From positions 13,764,001 through 13,828,000 of the forward strand of contig JBHGNT010000012.1 in assembly GCA_043228905.1 (NCBI GenBank): a stretch of 64,000 nt of DNA. The letters run 5' to 3'. Of the stretch, positions 25,027-36,175 are shown one piece after another. The position numbers and the translations under genes were made by a program. Within the stretch, counting starts at the first letter, position 1; every line of letters starts with the position of its first letter. Source of the stretch: Azolla caroliniana (taxonomy: Eukaryota > Plantae > Polypodiophyta). Below the pieces are notes generated by a model. The model ran no database searches and was not told the origin of the DNA. It saw nothing but the letters and a program-made list of their open reading frames with translations.

Positions 25027-25434
25027 TGTTATGTGTTAACCACACATCTAGCATATAATCATGTATATACTTCCTCATTGTAGGTTTTAGCTAGCATCAT
25101 GTACATAATTTCTCCCTTGTATTATTAACACTTGGCACATTCATGCGTACCTACTGCCTACATGCTCTATTGTATCACATGCGTGCAATAGGTATGCATG
25201 CCACTTAGTATAAATAGTTGAGTTCACCTTGAAGGAATTCAAGGTGAACAACGCCAGTCATGGACATATCAATCTAGTATTCTCATTTCGCCCAATCTTG
25301 TCTCCTTAATCTTCATCTCTATCTTTATGCTCTTGTGTCATTCCGTCATTGCTCCGTCGTAGCCTCATCATCCGTGCTCCGTCTTAGTCCGCGCTTGGTG
25401 TGTCCGTGACACTTACGACTTGTATCCCATAACA
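25027..25434 (+). mobile_element. Probable solo LTR inserted in LINE ORF1
   Basis: TGTTATG...CATAACA inverted termini and TATAAATA at 25209. It interrupts a CCHC knuckle. No clean TSD was found. Confidence 0.55.
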
Positions 25435-26910
25435 CAAAATCTACACTTATTTGTAGCATTTGCATGTGGAGATACCAACACTTTACCCATTTGACTCATC
25501 AACTTTGGTAAAAGTGACCATAAAAAAGCATGCTTACAATCCATTGTTACCCAAACGGGGCATTCTTATTTTAACAAAGCATGATAGTCCACAACGGGGG
25601 ACCATTGCATTACATGCACCGATCGTTTATCAAAAAACATAGGAACTTTAGCCAACAATGCACTTCAATGTTCCGGTGAACGAAACACTACATCATAAAA
25701 CCCTCGAGGTTCTGCAGATATATTTTCAACACAATTTGGTGACACGATTGTGTTCAACTATTGTTTAATCCAATTAATGTATGGGAGTTTCAAGGTAAAA
25801 AACAATATAACCGCATGATCATAGAATACATCAAAAGATTGCAACAGTACCTTAGCATCAACTTCCACATCATGCACATCCTCATCAATGCATTCTTTCG
25901 CTGCATTTTATTTTCTTCCACAATATCAGACAACAAGGTATTGGCAATTCCCCATAAATTATCCCAATTACAATGATCCTTGTCAATCTCATTTACATGT
26001 ATTACTTCGGCATATGTCGCTTTTTTCTCATAAATTTCCTCAATACCCTTAAACCTCTTAGAGCTTCCAATGTCTTCCCTTTCACGATTACATTCAACCA
26101 TCACATTATTCTGTTTTGGATCAATTGTGTCCATATCGATGTCCCCTACAATTTGAGAGGAATTCATGTTCATATCCATTATTCTTGATGTGATAGTGAT
26201 CTGGGATAAAAATAATTTTCCATGAACAAGAAAGATAACCGGAACTCACCCGATTAAAGAGGTCGAAGATGATGAATACAATAGAAGACCCACACTATGT
26301 GTTGAGTATGTGGATGTCAACAACACAAGATTCCTTATTTCTATCGTTACTTGTTGCACAGACCACCAATTTTAACTTTCTATATCTCGTTGCGAAGCTC
26401 TAATCGAGGGCTTTCTGACGCATGTCTTTATGCTCGATTTTGTTACTGATAGAGAGTGTGTCAGGAATAGTACTAAAGCAGAGATGGGATTAGTACTAAT
26501 AAGAGAAGTACTATTAGTACTAAGAAGACGGGACTGCGTGAGATTCCCGAGAGAGGAAGTGAGAAGAGGAGAGAGAGATAGCGAGGATGAGAGAGAGAAA
26601 GATGATGACAACAACTAATATATTATGTGAAAAGATAAGTACAAAGCGGCTAAGAGGCTTAAGACTGGCGTTGAACCAATTTGGTTCAACATAATGTCTA
26701 GTGCCTTCTTTTATAGTGTTGTCAGGAGTAATCCTGAAACTTCTAGAATGTTCCAGAGAAATCTGGAATATACATTACTTTCTTATAATAAAACATAAAT
26801 GAAAATAATATCCTATGAATTACAATAGATGGTGTGATGGTTAAGAGCTCGACCCATATACCATAAGGTCATGGGTTCAAGTCTTGCCATATCATGACAC
26901 TATCTCCCCC

Positions 26911-29900
26911 TTAAAGACGACGAGTGGAACGAGTCGGTGTTGATTGCGGACCGGGTTTGTCCGGATACTTTCGGTGGAAATCAGCAAGCAGATCCTGAGC
27001 ATTGACAACATGCTTGACGGGTTCCCAAGTGCGTTCGCTCGGACTATAACCAAGCCAATCGACCAAATAATAAAGTTTGTTGCGAATAAGTTTGGAATCG
27101 AGGATGGCAACAACTTCATACTCCGGGCCGGCGTCCAACTCGAGCGGGGGCGGCGGTGGTGTAACGCGATCAGGAATGGTGTTGGCTTTATAAGGTTCAA
27201 GAAGAGAACAATGGAAAACTGGATGTATCTGAAGCTGCGGAGGGAGATCAAGGTGGAATGTGACATCATTAACCTTACCCGTAATACGGAAAGGACCGAG
27301 TCGTCGATAATCCAACTTGCCACACGGTCGAGTAGTCTTGATGTGACGACGTAAGAGCCATACTCGATCTCCGATGGCAAAATAGGAGGGAAGCCGAGGA
27401 CGATCCGCGTAAGTCTTCTGTGTCTGTTGAGCATGACGAAGATGAGTCGAGAGATCTGTCTAGATCTTGTGTAGTCTTTCCAATTGATCCCCGGCACGAG
27501 GATTGGTAGGTAGTTCCGGGGTGTCGATCACCGACCAACGAGGATGAGAACCGGTATAAGCGTAGAATGGGGAGACTTGAGTCGAGGAGTGAACAACATT
27601 ATTATACGCAAACTCCGCAAGGTGGAGAATCTCGGCCCAATCGTCCTGCTGATAACTCAGGAAACACCGGAGATATTGCTCCAGCGTTTGGTTTGTTCGT
27701 TCCGCCTGCCCATCGGTCTGAGAATGGTAGCCAGAGGAGAGGTTGCAAGAGATCTTGAGCATCTTGAAGAGATGCTGCCAAAATTTGGAGACAAATTGCG
27801 GTCCTCGGTCACTGATGATACTGTCTGGGAGGCCATGATGCCGAAATACCTCACGCATGACTAGGGCGGCGGTTTCCTCGCTAGTGATGGCCTTAGTACA
27901 CGGAACAAAATGTGCCATCTTCGTATATCGATCGACAACAGTTAAGATAGCATCGAACCCCTGCGAGACTGGCATATCTGTGATAAAATCAAGACAAATA
28001 GACTGCCACGGCTTACTTGGAATCGGTAAGGGTTCCAACAAGCCATATGGATGGTGTCGTGGCATCTTTGCTCGGCAACAAGCATCACAGGTCCGAACGT
28101 AGTCGTCAACAAAACGATGCATGTGGGGCCACCAAAAAGATCGTTGCACTAGCTCCAACGTCTTAGTACTATCGAAATGTCCCGTTGTATGGGTGTCGTG
28201 ACAATGGCGACAGGAGCAATCGAGGATATATACGCGCTTTTTAAAGAATAACAAACCATTATGATATTCGAATTGTCGGTAGTCAATACCTGGTTGTTGA
28301 GACTGAGAACAAGATGCCCGAGAAGTATCAATGTGCGCTAGGATGTCTTGATCAAAGCTATCTGTCTTCAAGTTTGCACGTATGTCATCGGTAATCCGTG
28401 AATCCATCGGGGTGTGAAAAATCCGTGTCGTGTGCAATCGTGTTGGTCCCAAGATTACTTGCTTTTGATTATCAAATGTTGGATCACCAGGACGAGGTGC
28501 AAGATACGAACGCCGTGATAGTGCATCTGCTTTTCCTTGCTGCTTCCCCGGTCGATATGTGATTTTGAAGTCGAAATGCGTGAGGAATTGCGCCCACCGA
28601 GCTTGCCGTCGATTTAGTACGCGAGCGTTCTGGAAATAAGCAAGATTTTTATGATCACTAAAGACAATGATCTGATGTGGAGAGCCCTCTAAGAAATGCC
28701 GCCATTGCACAAATGAATCCACGATGGCTAATAACTCCTTGTCATGTATTTCGTAGTTGATTTCCGCGTCATCGAATTTGCGCGAATGGAAAGCCACCGG
28801 ATGCAACTCTTCTTTATCTCCTTGTTGAGAAAGGATGGTACCGAGAGCGAAATCTGAAGCGTCGGCCTCCATGATGAATGGTTTGCTGGTATCCACATGA
28901 GCTAGAATCGGTGCTGATGTAAAGGCTTTCTTAAGATGCCGAAAAGCCATATCTGCTTCAATGGACCAAAGAAATGCTTGGCCCTTCTTTGTAAGTTGTG
29001 TGAGGGGTAAAATAATCTTCGAGTAATCCTGTATAAACTTACGGTAGAAGTTAGAAAAACCTAGAAAACATTGTACATCTCATACCGACCGTGGAATTTG
29101 CCACTCTAGTACAGTTTGGACTTTAGCTGGATCCATGGCGATGCCCTTTGAGGAGATGACGTAGCCTAGAAATTTCACTTGCTTGCAGTCAAAGCTACAT
29201 TTTTCTAGCTTGGCATAAAGACCATTCTCGCGGAGTCGTTTTAGTACTAATAGTACATGAGAATCGTGCTCTTCCTGGGTCTTCGAATAAATCAATAGAT
29301 CATCCAGATAGATGATCAAACAGATATCCAAGAGGTCTCTGAATATATCATTTGCCGTGTTGAAAGACTGCGGGTGCATTGGTTAAGCCGAACGACATAA
29401 CAGTATACTCGAAATGCCCATATCGCGTGCGAAAGGCGGTCTTCCATTCATCTCCCGGTTGGATCCGCATGAGGTTATACGCTCCTCGTAGATCGATTTT
29501 GGTAAAAAACTTGGTGCCACCATTAACTCGCTCCAAAAGACTTGATATAAGAGGAAGTGCATACCTATTCCGGATGGTGACCTTATTCAATCCTCAGTAA
29601 TCAACGACGAGATGAAGTGAGCCATCTTTCTTCTTGACAAAGAAGATGGGTGTACCGGCCGGAGATTTCGAATGATGGATGAACCCGCTTGCCAAGTTCT
29701 CCTCTATGTAGGCTCAAAGGACTTCTAACTCGGTGGGTGACAAGTTGTAAATTGGTCCCCATGGTGGCTCGGTTCCTGGTTGTAAATCAATGGGACAGTC
29801 ATAGGGACGGTGATGAGGAAGGGTACCGGCTTTTACCTTGTCAAATACATCGGCATAAGGATGATATTTTGCTGGAAGTTGTACTGAGGAGTCCTTCTTA

Positions 29901-31430
29901 ATAGTGTTGGAAGGATGTACTGATATTGCAAATAGGAACATTGCCTCCTTGTGTCCTTCTTCGCGTAATTGATGGAGTGAAATGGTCGAAACTCAGTGAG
30001 TAGATTCTTGGGGTGGTCGATATCGGACTTCTCTTGTTCTCCAATCTATGGTTGGATTATGTAATTCAAACCAAGGTAATCCTAGGACAATGGGATGCTC
30101 TGGACTACTAATTATATTAAATGATAGTACACACACAAAACTACCTAGGACAACTTGAATGGGTTCTGATTCTTCTACAATATTCCCGGAAGCAATGGGA
30201 TGACCATAATGACTACTACAGATGCGGGACAAGGAAGTTTTCTTAAGGATATTTGAGAAGCTTGGGCAAAATTTCGATCCATGAAATAGGAATTAGCTCC
30301 GGAATCTAAAAGTGCTAGGACGGGTACTGGAGGAGTACTTTTAGTACTAACAATGACTTGGGCTAGGAACACATTGCTAACTTGCTTAGAAGGAATGGAA
30401 CCACTAATAGGCTGTACAGATCTAGGGCTGCTGTCCAACCAAACGGCTCCTATTTTGGTTGGACTCAATCGTTTAACTCTTCATCTAATTGACTAAGGAC
30501 TTCAAATTTATTTGAGATACTTGGGCTATTAGTACTATGAATACTATCTGACACGCTATTAGTACTATTAATACTATCAGACACTCCGAAGGGAATAATT
30601 GACTCGGGTTTAGTACAGGCGACAATTTGATTTACCTGTCTTCTTGGCCTATGGGGACAATTGATGGCGATATGCCCTGGTTCACCGCAATAAAGACATA
30701 ATCGATTGGCACGTCGTCGTTGCTTTTCTTCTTCCAATAACGGGCCGCGTCGACGCATGGTGTCGATCTCCATCAGTGTCGGAATATTGGCTTGAGGTAC
30801 ATCGTGTGCAAACGGTTTAGCCGTGACTGAGGCGTATGTGGGTTCCGGCCGAGAGCGTGGTATTTGTAACTGACGTTCCGAACACCGTTCGAAAAGGCGG
30901 TTGTCGCATCGGACCGCTCGACTGATTGCCTCCGTAAGAGACTTTGGTTCCTCGGGGAAGATTAAAAGCAAGTCTTTAACATTGTTGCGCAAGCCATAGC
31001 GAAACTACTCCATGAGGGCCTGATCATCCCAGGGGATATCTGAGGCGAGTAGACGGAAAGCTACCGCGTAGGCCGAGGCTGGACGATCGCCTTGACGCAA
31101 TCTTCGGATCTTGTTGATCGCCATCCTGATGCTGTCGGTATCTCCAAAGCAGGCTTTAAACTCACCAATAAAATCTTCAAAGTTATTAAGCAAGGGTGAT
31201 TGTTTTTCTAGAAGTGGAGCGAACCATGCCAAGGCTAAGCTGCTAAGTAACGTGCCTATTAGGCAGACTCGAGATGCATCAGTGGGATATCGGGAAGGAT
31301 GCATCTGGATGACTAAGCGTACCTGATTAAGGAATCCCCGGAATTGCGATCGTGTTCCATCAAATTTCACAGGAAGTCCAATCTTGGGCTCTTTATGAAA
31401 TCCTTGGGGACTTGATCCTTGTTGTTGCAA
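26911..31430 (-). pseudogene. gag-pol of chromovirus (stops and frameshifts), ending in a chromodomain
   Basis: ORF pieces 31005-31430, 30465-30992, 30175-30468, 29080-29941 and 27460-28950. Piece 26911-27315 carries EYEV..ILD...YLVDWLGY..SERTWEP. Confidence 0.9.
30423..30477 (-). promoter_or_regulatory. -1 ribosomal frameshift signal (slippery heptamer plus stem-loop or pseudoknot)
   Basis: G TTA AAC in gag phase, a 6-nt spacer, then a perfect 11-bp stem GTCCAACCAAA/TTTGGTTGGAC. The pol frame is -1 relative to gag. Confidence 0.75.
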
Positions 31431-33142
31431 TGCTGCTTCGAGTTGTTGTACCCGTAACGCTTACTCCCCATGTTGTTGTTGCGTTTGTTGTTTTTCGAGA
31501 GTGATTTGTTGCAGATCCCCTATCAACCGTTGGTTTTCTTGTTCCAGGGCAACAAAATTTTCTTTTAGGCACTATAACTCGGAGAAAACGGATTGATATT
31601 CTTGGGCACTAACAATAGCCATAGTATAGGGAAAAGGGTAGGAGGAAAGGAAGAAAAATTGGTTCAAACTGTCAGGAATAGTACCAAAGCAGAGATGGAA
31701 TTAGTACTAATAAGAGAAGTACTATTAGTACTAAGAAGACGGGACTGCGTGAGATTCGCGAGAGAGGAAGTGAGAAGAGGAGAGAGAGAGAGAAAGATGA
31801 TGACAACAGCTAATATATTATGTGAAAAGATAAGTACAAAGCGGCTAAGAGGCTTAAGACTGGCGTTGAACCAATTTGGTTCAACATAATGTCTAGTGCC
31901 TTCTTTTATAGTGTTGTCAGGAGTAATCCTGAAACTTCTAGAATGTTCCAGAGAAATTTGGAATATGCATTACTTTCTTATAATAAAACATAAATGAAAA
32001 TAATATCCTATGAATTACAATAGATGGTGTGATGGTTAAGAGCTCGACCCATATACCATAAGGTCATGGGTTTGAGTCTTGCCATATCATGACAGAGTGC
32101 AGCAATAAAAATATTTCCACTTCTTCTTTCCCTCTCCACTCTTGCTTTTTTCCTCGCTAACTCTCTCTCCTCTCTCTCTCTATACATGCATTCAATTCCA
32201 CGAAGGTTTTGTCCATGTCCCCTTCGCTTAGACGGTGCAAGGTTAGATTCAAGATGGCTTAATACTTTTCAATCCCAAATTCTATTAATCTATATATTTT
32301 TGTCAACATCATCCGTTATTCCATCTCAGATGTAAATATGATCTTACTATAAGTGACACAAAATATTCTTTACCAAAATAATACCATGTGATATACCACC
32401 TCATCAATATTCCTTTCTTAATGTACACCTTTGCATAGGAATTAAGTATAGACTGCTAACAGAAACCATGTGCATGAGTATGGGGGTCAATGTATGGTCC
32501 ACGACCTTTGCATGTGTATAGAGTGATGTCATGCATGAGTGGCCATATCTAGACACATGCATACATACATGGCGTATATTGAAGGACGAAAACATGTCAT
32601 GTTTGCCCTCAAGTAACATGTTCACATGAGACAAAGAGACATAAATGCATTTAGGCATAGTAGTGTCCACCACGACATTTTCTTGGTTTTTGAAATTTCA
32701 ATATTGCCTTATATCCCTCATGCAATGATTTGCACATGTAGATGGAATGGGTGGTTAAAATGTGTTATATTACCTCTTCATGTATATGTACGTACACACA
32801 TAAGCACATTGGCATAGTGCCATTAGTTTTGACGATGATATCACATGTAGTGTGAGTTCCAAACATGACTTGTAATTTGCGTGGAATAATTTAGATGTGT
32901 TTTCCTTCTCTAGTGTTTCATTGTTGAGGATGAGTCAATCGTCAGTTCATTTAACATTTTAGTTTTCTTTAAAAACAAGAGCTATGCACACAGAATTTGT
33001 GTTATGTAAGTCCTTAAATGTGCTTGCCACCAAGACATGAGTATGTAAGTATACCATATCAAGTATTAGGTTCGGTTGTATTTCACATGTTGTGCATAAA
33101 TGTAGATCTGTTTTGCTTAAAGATAGATAGATTTAGCCACCA

Positions 33143-36100
33143 TCATGAACCTTTCTCACAAGTACACTTTCCATCTTCAAAAATGTGAACATTGTTAGGA
33201 TCTCTAATTATAATCTTCCTCTTTTCTAATCTCGATATATTCGATGTCACCAAATGACACTCATCACAAATACATGTGGTATTCATAATATGGATACTTT
33301 CCCCTTCATGTGTATTGATAAGGCCACAAGCAATGGCCATCTTCACACATTGGCAACACATCGTGGGACCATCCAATACATGTTGTAATGCCGATTTCAT
33401 ACTAGGGCAATAATATCTATCTCCCAAATTTTGACGATCAAATGATGCCACCTTTGCATATATCTCTTTACTTTGGGGATGTCTCAAGTCCCCAAAAGGA
33501 AAAGAATGAACATTCCCACTAGCATCCACCCAAACACACATCCCTGGCTTCTTCCAAGTAGGAACATGAATTTCTCTCATAGCTTCAACCTTTTTGGCTT
33601 CCTCTAGCATACCTGCAGCTGCATAAATGTTAGTCATAAGCACATAAGCTGCTCCAAGGGTAACATCCAGTTGTATTGTCTTCTCGAAAGCTAATCTCCC
33701 AAGCTTCACGTTTCCCCATTTTCTACAAGCACCCAATAGAGTTAGCCAAATGACTGGCCTCACGGGATCTGGCATTGCCTTAATCACCGACATCGCCTTC
33801 TGGAATCGTCCCGCACATCCAAGAAGAACCACCATTGAAGTATGATGCTCTAATGTTGGAGTTAAACCATAATTCTTGCTCATATCGTCATAATACATTT
33901 GGGCCTCGTCCCATTTCCCTGAATGCCCGCATGCATTCAGCACACATAAGAACGTGACTTCATTTGGACAGCAACCTTCTCTTTGCATCTGGTGAAAACA
34001 GTTAAGTGCTTCATCAGAATGTCCCCTTTCGGCATATCCTGCAATGAGTGTGGACCACGAGACGATGTCCCGAACAGGAAGGTCTTCAAGAACCCGCCTT
34101 GCTTTCATAAGCATACCACATTTGGCATACATGTCCACCAAAGCATTGCCGAGAACAATATTCTTCTCCAGCAACTCATTATTGATAATCTCATCATGAA
34201 CTTGTTTGCCCTTGTCAATGGCCCCAATGCTGCCACATGCCTTGAGGACACAAGTCAATGTGATGATATTCGGAGAGATGCCTTCCTTTTGCATACATTC
34301 GAAACAGTTGAGTGCATCGTGACCTTGCTCGTTTTGTGAATAGCCAGAAATGAGCGCATTCCAAGAGATTACATTTCGTTCTGGAAGTTCTCGAAGCACT
34401 TCATGTGCTTTCTTAAGGTTTCCACATTTGGCATACATATCAACTAGTGCAGTTCCAAGCATATTGTTCTTCAGCAATCCCCTATTCACAATTTCATGGT
34501 GAATTTGCTTTCCCTTGTCGATAGCTCCTGTATAACCACAAGCCTTCAAAATGCAAGCAAAGGTGACCTCGTTTGGTGTTATCCCCTCCCTTACCATCTG
34601 TGAAAAACAGTTAAATGCTTCATCACATCGCCCATCTTCAGCATATGCAGTAATTATCGCATTCCAAGAGATTCTATCTCGAACCGGAAGCTCTTCAAGC
34701 AGCTGCCATGCATGCGAAATTAGACCACATTTGGCGTACATATCCACCAAAGCATTGCTGAGAACAGTATTCTTCTTCAGTAAATCCCGATTAACAATCT
34801 CTTCATGGATTTCTTTCCCTTTATCAATTGATCCAACGTTTCCACAAGCCTTCAAGATGCAAGTGAAGGTGACATCGTCAGGAGAGAGGCCTTCCTTTTG
34901 CATCTGTGCAAAACAATCAAGTGCTTGATGGCCTTGCTCCCCTTGGGCATATCCTGCAATGAGTGCATTCCAAGAGATCACGTTCCGGACTGGAAGCTCT
35001 TCGAGAACCTGTTGTGCTTTGACAAGTATGCCACATTTGGCATACATGTCCACCAAAGCATTGCCAACCTTAACACTTTTCTTGAGCAAATCCTGATCTA
35101 GAATCTCCCTGTGAATCTGTTTACCTTTGTCAATCGCTTCTATGCCACCACAAGCCTTCAAAATGCAAATGTAGGTGACATCATTTGGAATGAGACCCTC
35201 TCTTTGCATATGTCCAAAATAGTTCAGAGCTTCATCACCATGTCCATCTTGAGCATATCCGGAAATAAGTGCAGACCAACAGATTGTGTCTCGAAAAGGA
35301 AGTGCTTCAAGCACCTCATGTGCTTTTGTGAGCACACCACATTTGGCATACATATCAATCAAGCTTGTGCCGAGCAAAACATTCTTCTCCAACAAGCCCT
35401 TGCTGGCAATCTCGTCGTGAATTTGCTTGCCCTTGTCAATAGCACCAATGCTACCACATGCTTTGAGAATGCAAGTGAAGGTGACGTCATTAGGAAAGAA
35501 TCCCTCTCTTTGCATTGAATCAAAAGAATTAAGCGCTTCTTTACCTTGGTTGTGTTGAGCATAGCCTGCGATTAGTGTATTCCAAGTGACTGCATTTCGT
35601 GCAGGAAGTGCCTCAAGCACTTGCTGTGCTTTTGCAAGCATGCCACATTTGGCATACATATCAACCAAAGAATTACCGAGCACAACATTTCTCGCCACAA
35701 ACAAGAATCTCCTATTCAAAACTTCATCATGGATTTCTATGCCTTTGTCGACATCTTGAATGTTACCACAAGCCTTGAGGATGCAAATGAAAGAAACGGG
35801 ATCCGGAGAAAACCCCTCTTCTCTCATCATCTCAAAACACTTGAGAGCTTCACGGCCTTGTCCATGTTGCACATACCCTGCAATGAGAGCATTCCAGCAC
35901 ACCACATCCCTATCATCAAACTCATCGAGCAATTTCTGAGCTTTCGACAGAGCACCACATTTGGCATACATGTGTATCAAAACGCTTGCTATATAAGGGC
36001 TCTTGTCAAGCAAGCCTTTCTTAACAACCTCACCATGTAACCTTTCACCGCTGTACAGATCCTTCTTCTTGGCACAACCTTTGAGTGACTCAACAAATGT

Positions 36101-36175
36101 GAACTCTGAGTTCTGTTTCCATGGAAGGACGGGTCTTCTACTCTTCAGCTCCTCATGAAGCCGGGGAGATTTCAT
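33143..36175 (-). CDS. PLS-class PPR protein with E, E+ and a degenerate DYW (WW-like) deaminase domain
   Basis: 1010-aa ORF with 7 triplets. C-terminus has KKPGMCVWVDASGNVHSF, HPQSKEIY, QCVKMAIACGLI, CDECH and HIFEDGKCTC. Confidence 0.93.
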   Translation of the reverse strand: MKSPRLHEELKSRRPVLPWKQNSEFTFVESLKGCAKKKDLYSGERLHGEVVKKGLLDKSPYIASVLIHMYAKCGALSKAQKLLDEFDDRDVVCWNALIAGYVQHGQGREALKCFEMMREEGFSPDPVSFICILKACGNIQDVDKGIEIHDEVLNRRFLFVARNVVLGNSLVDMYAKCGMLAKAQQVLEALPARNAVTWNTLIAGYAQHNQGKEALNSFDSMQREGFFPNDVTFTCILKACGSIGAIDKGKQIHDEIASKGLLEKNVLLGTSLIDMYAKCGVLTKAHEVLEALPFRDTICWSALISGYAQDGHGDEALNYFGHMQREGLIPNDVTYICILKACGGIEAIDKGKQIHREILDQDLLKKSVKVGNALVDMYAKCGILVKAQQVLEELPVRNVISWNALIAGYAQGEQGHQALDCFAQMQKEGLSPDDVTFTCILKACGNVGSIDKGKEIHEEIVNRDLLKKNTVLSNALVDMYAKCGLISHAWQLLEELPVRDRISWNAIITAYAEDGRCDEAFNCFSQMVREGITPNEVTFACILKACGYTGAIDKGKQIHHEIVNRGLLKNNMLGTALVDMYAKCGNLKKAHEVLRELPERNVISWNALISGYSQNEQGHDALNCFECMQKEGISPNIITLTCVLKACGSIGAIDKGKQVHDEIINNELLEKNIVLGNALVDMYAKCGMLMKARRVLEDLPVRDIVSWSTLIAGYAERGHSDEALNCFHQMQREGCCPNEVTFLCVLNACGHSGKWDEAQMYYDDMSKNYGLTPTLEHHTSMVVLLGCAGRFQKAMSVIKAMPDPVRPVIWLTLLGACRKWGNVKLGRLAFEKTIQLDVTLGAAYVLMTNIYAAAGMLEEAKKVEAMREIHVPTWKKPGMCVWVDASGNVHSFPFGDLRHPQSKEIYAKVASFDRQNLGDRYYCPSMKSALQHVLDGPTMCCQCVKMAIACGLINTHEGESIHIMNTTCICDECHLVTSNISRLEKRKIIIRDPNNVHIFEDGKCTCEKGS

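Larger units (their letters stand above)
26459..32094 (-). mobile_element. Full-length Ty3/Gypsy chromovirus (Tcn1/Tf1-sushi-like), decayed
   Basis: LTRs at 26459-26899 and 31670-32094 (TGTCA...TGACA), TSD GAGTG, PPT at 26900-26915. Coding remnants: gag with CCHC, protease LLDSGA, RT YLDD, RNase H DAS, integrase and a C-terminal chromodomain. Confidence 0.95.
20363..32160 (-). mobile_element. Degenerate L1-clade LINE, interrupted by a solo LTR and by the chromovirus
   Basis: ORF2 starts MKVVTWNV at 24218. It has APE endonuclease motifs (GIYAPN, MGDFN, LDRIY, SDHFP), RT motifs (WRPISL, LDLEKAYD, RQGCPISP) and a zf-RVT-like CxxC near 20840. ORF1 remnants with CCHC knuckles lie at 24232-26179. 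The 5' boundary is inferred. Confidence 0.8.

Noticed and set aside
26828-26893. Functional tRNA gene
   Set aside because: A and B boxes are present but there are no convincing acceptor or anticodon stems. Reported only as a tRNA-derived motif.
6004-36040. Many short antisense and alternative-frame ORFs over PPR genes and retroelements
   Set aside because: These are shadow ORFs of repetitive coding sequence.
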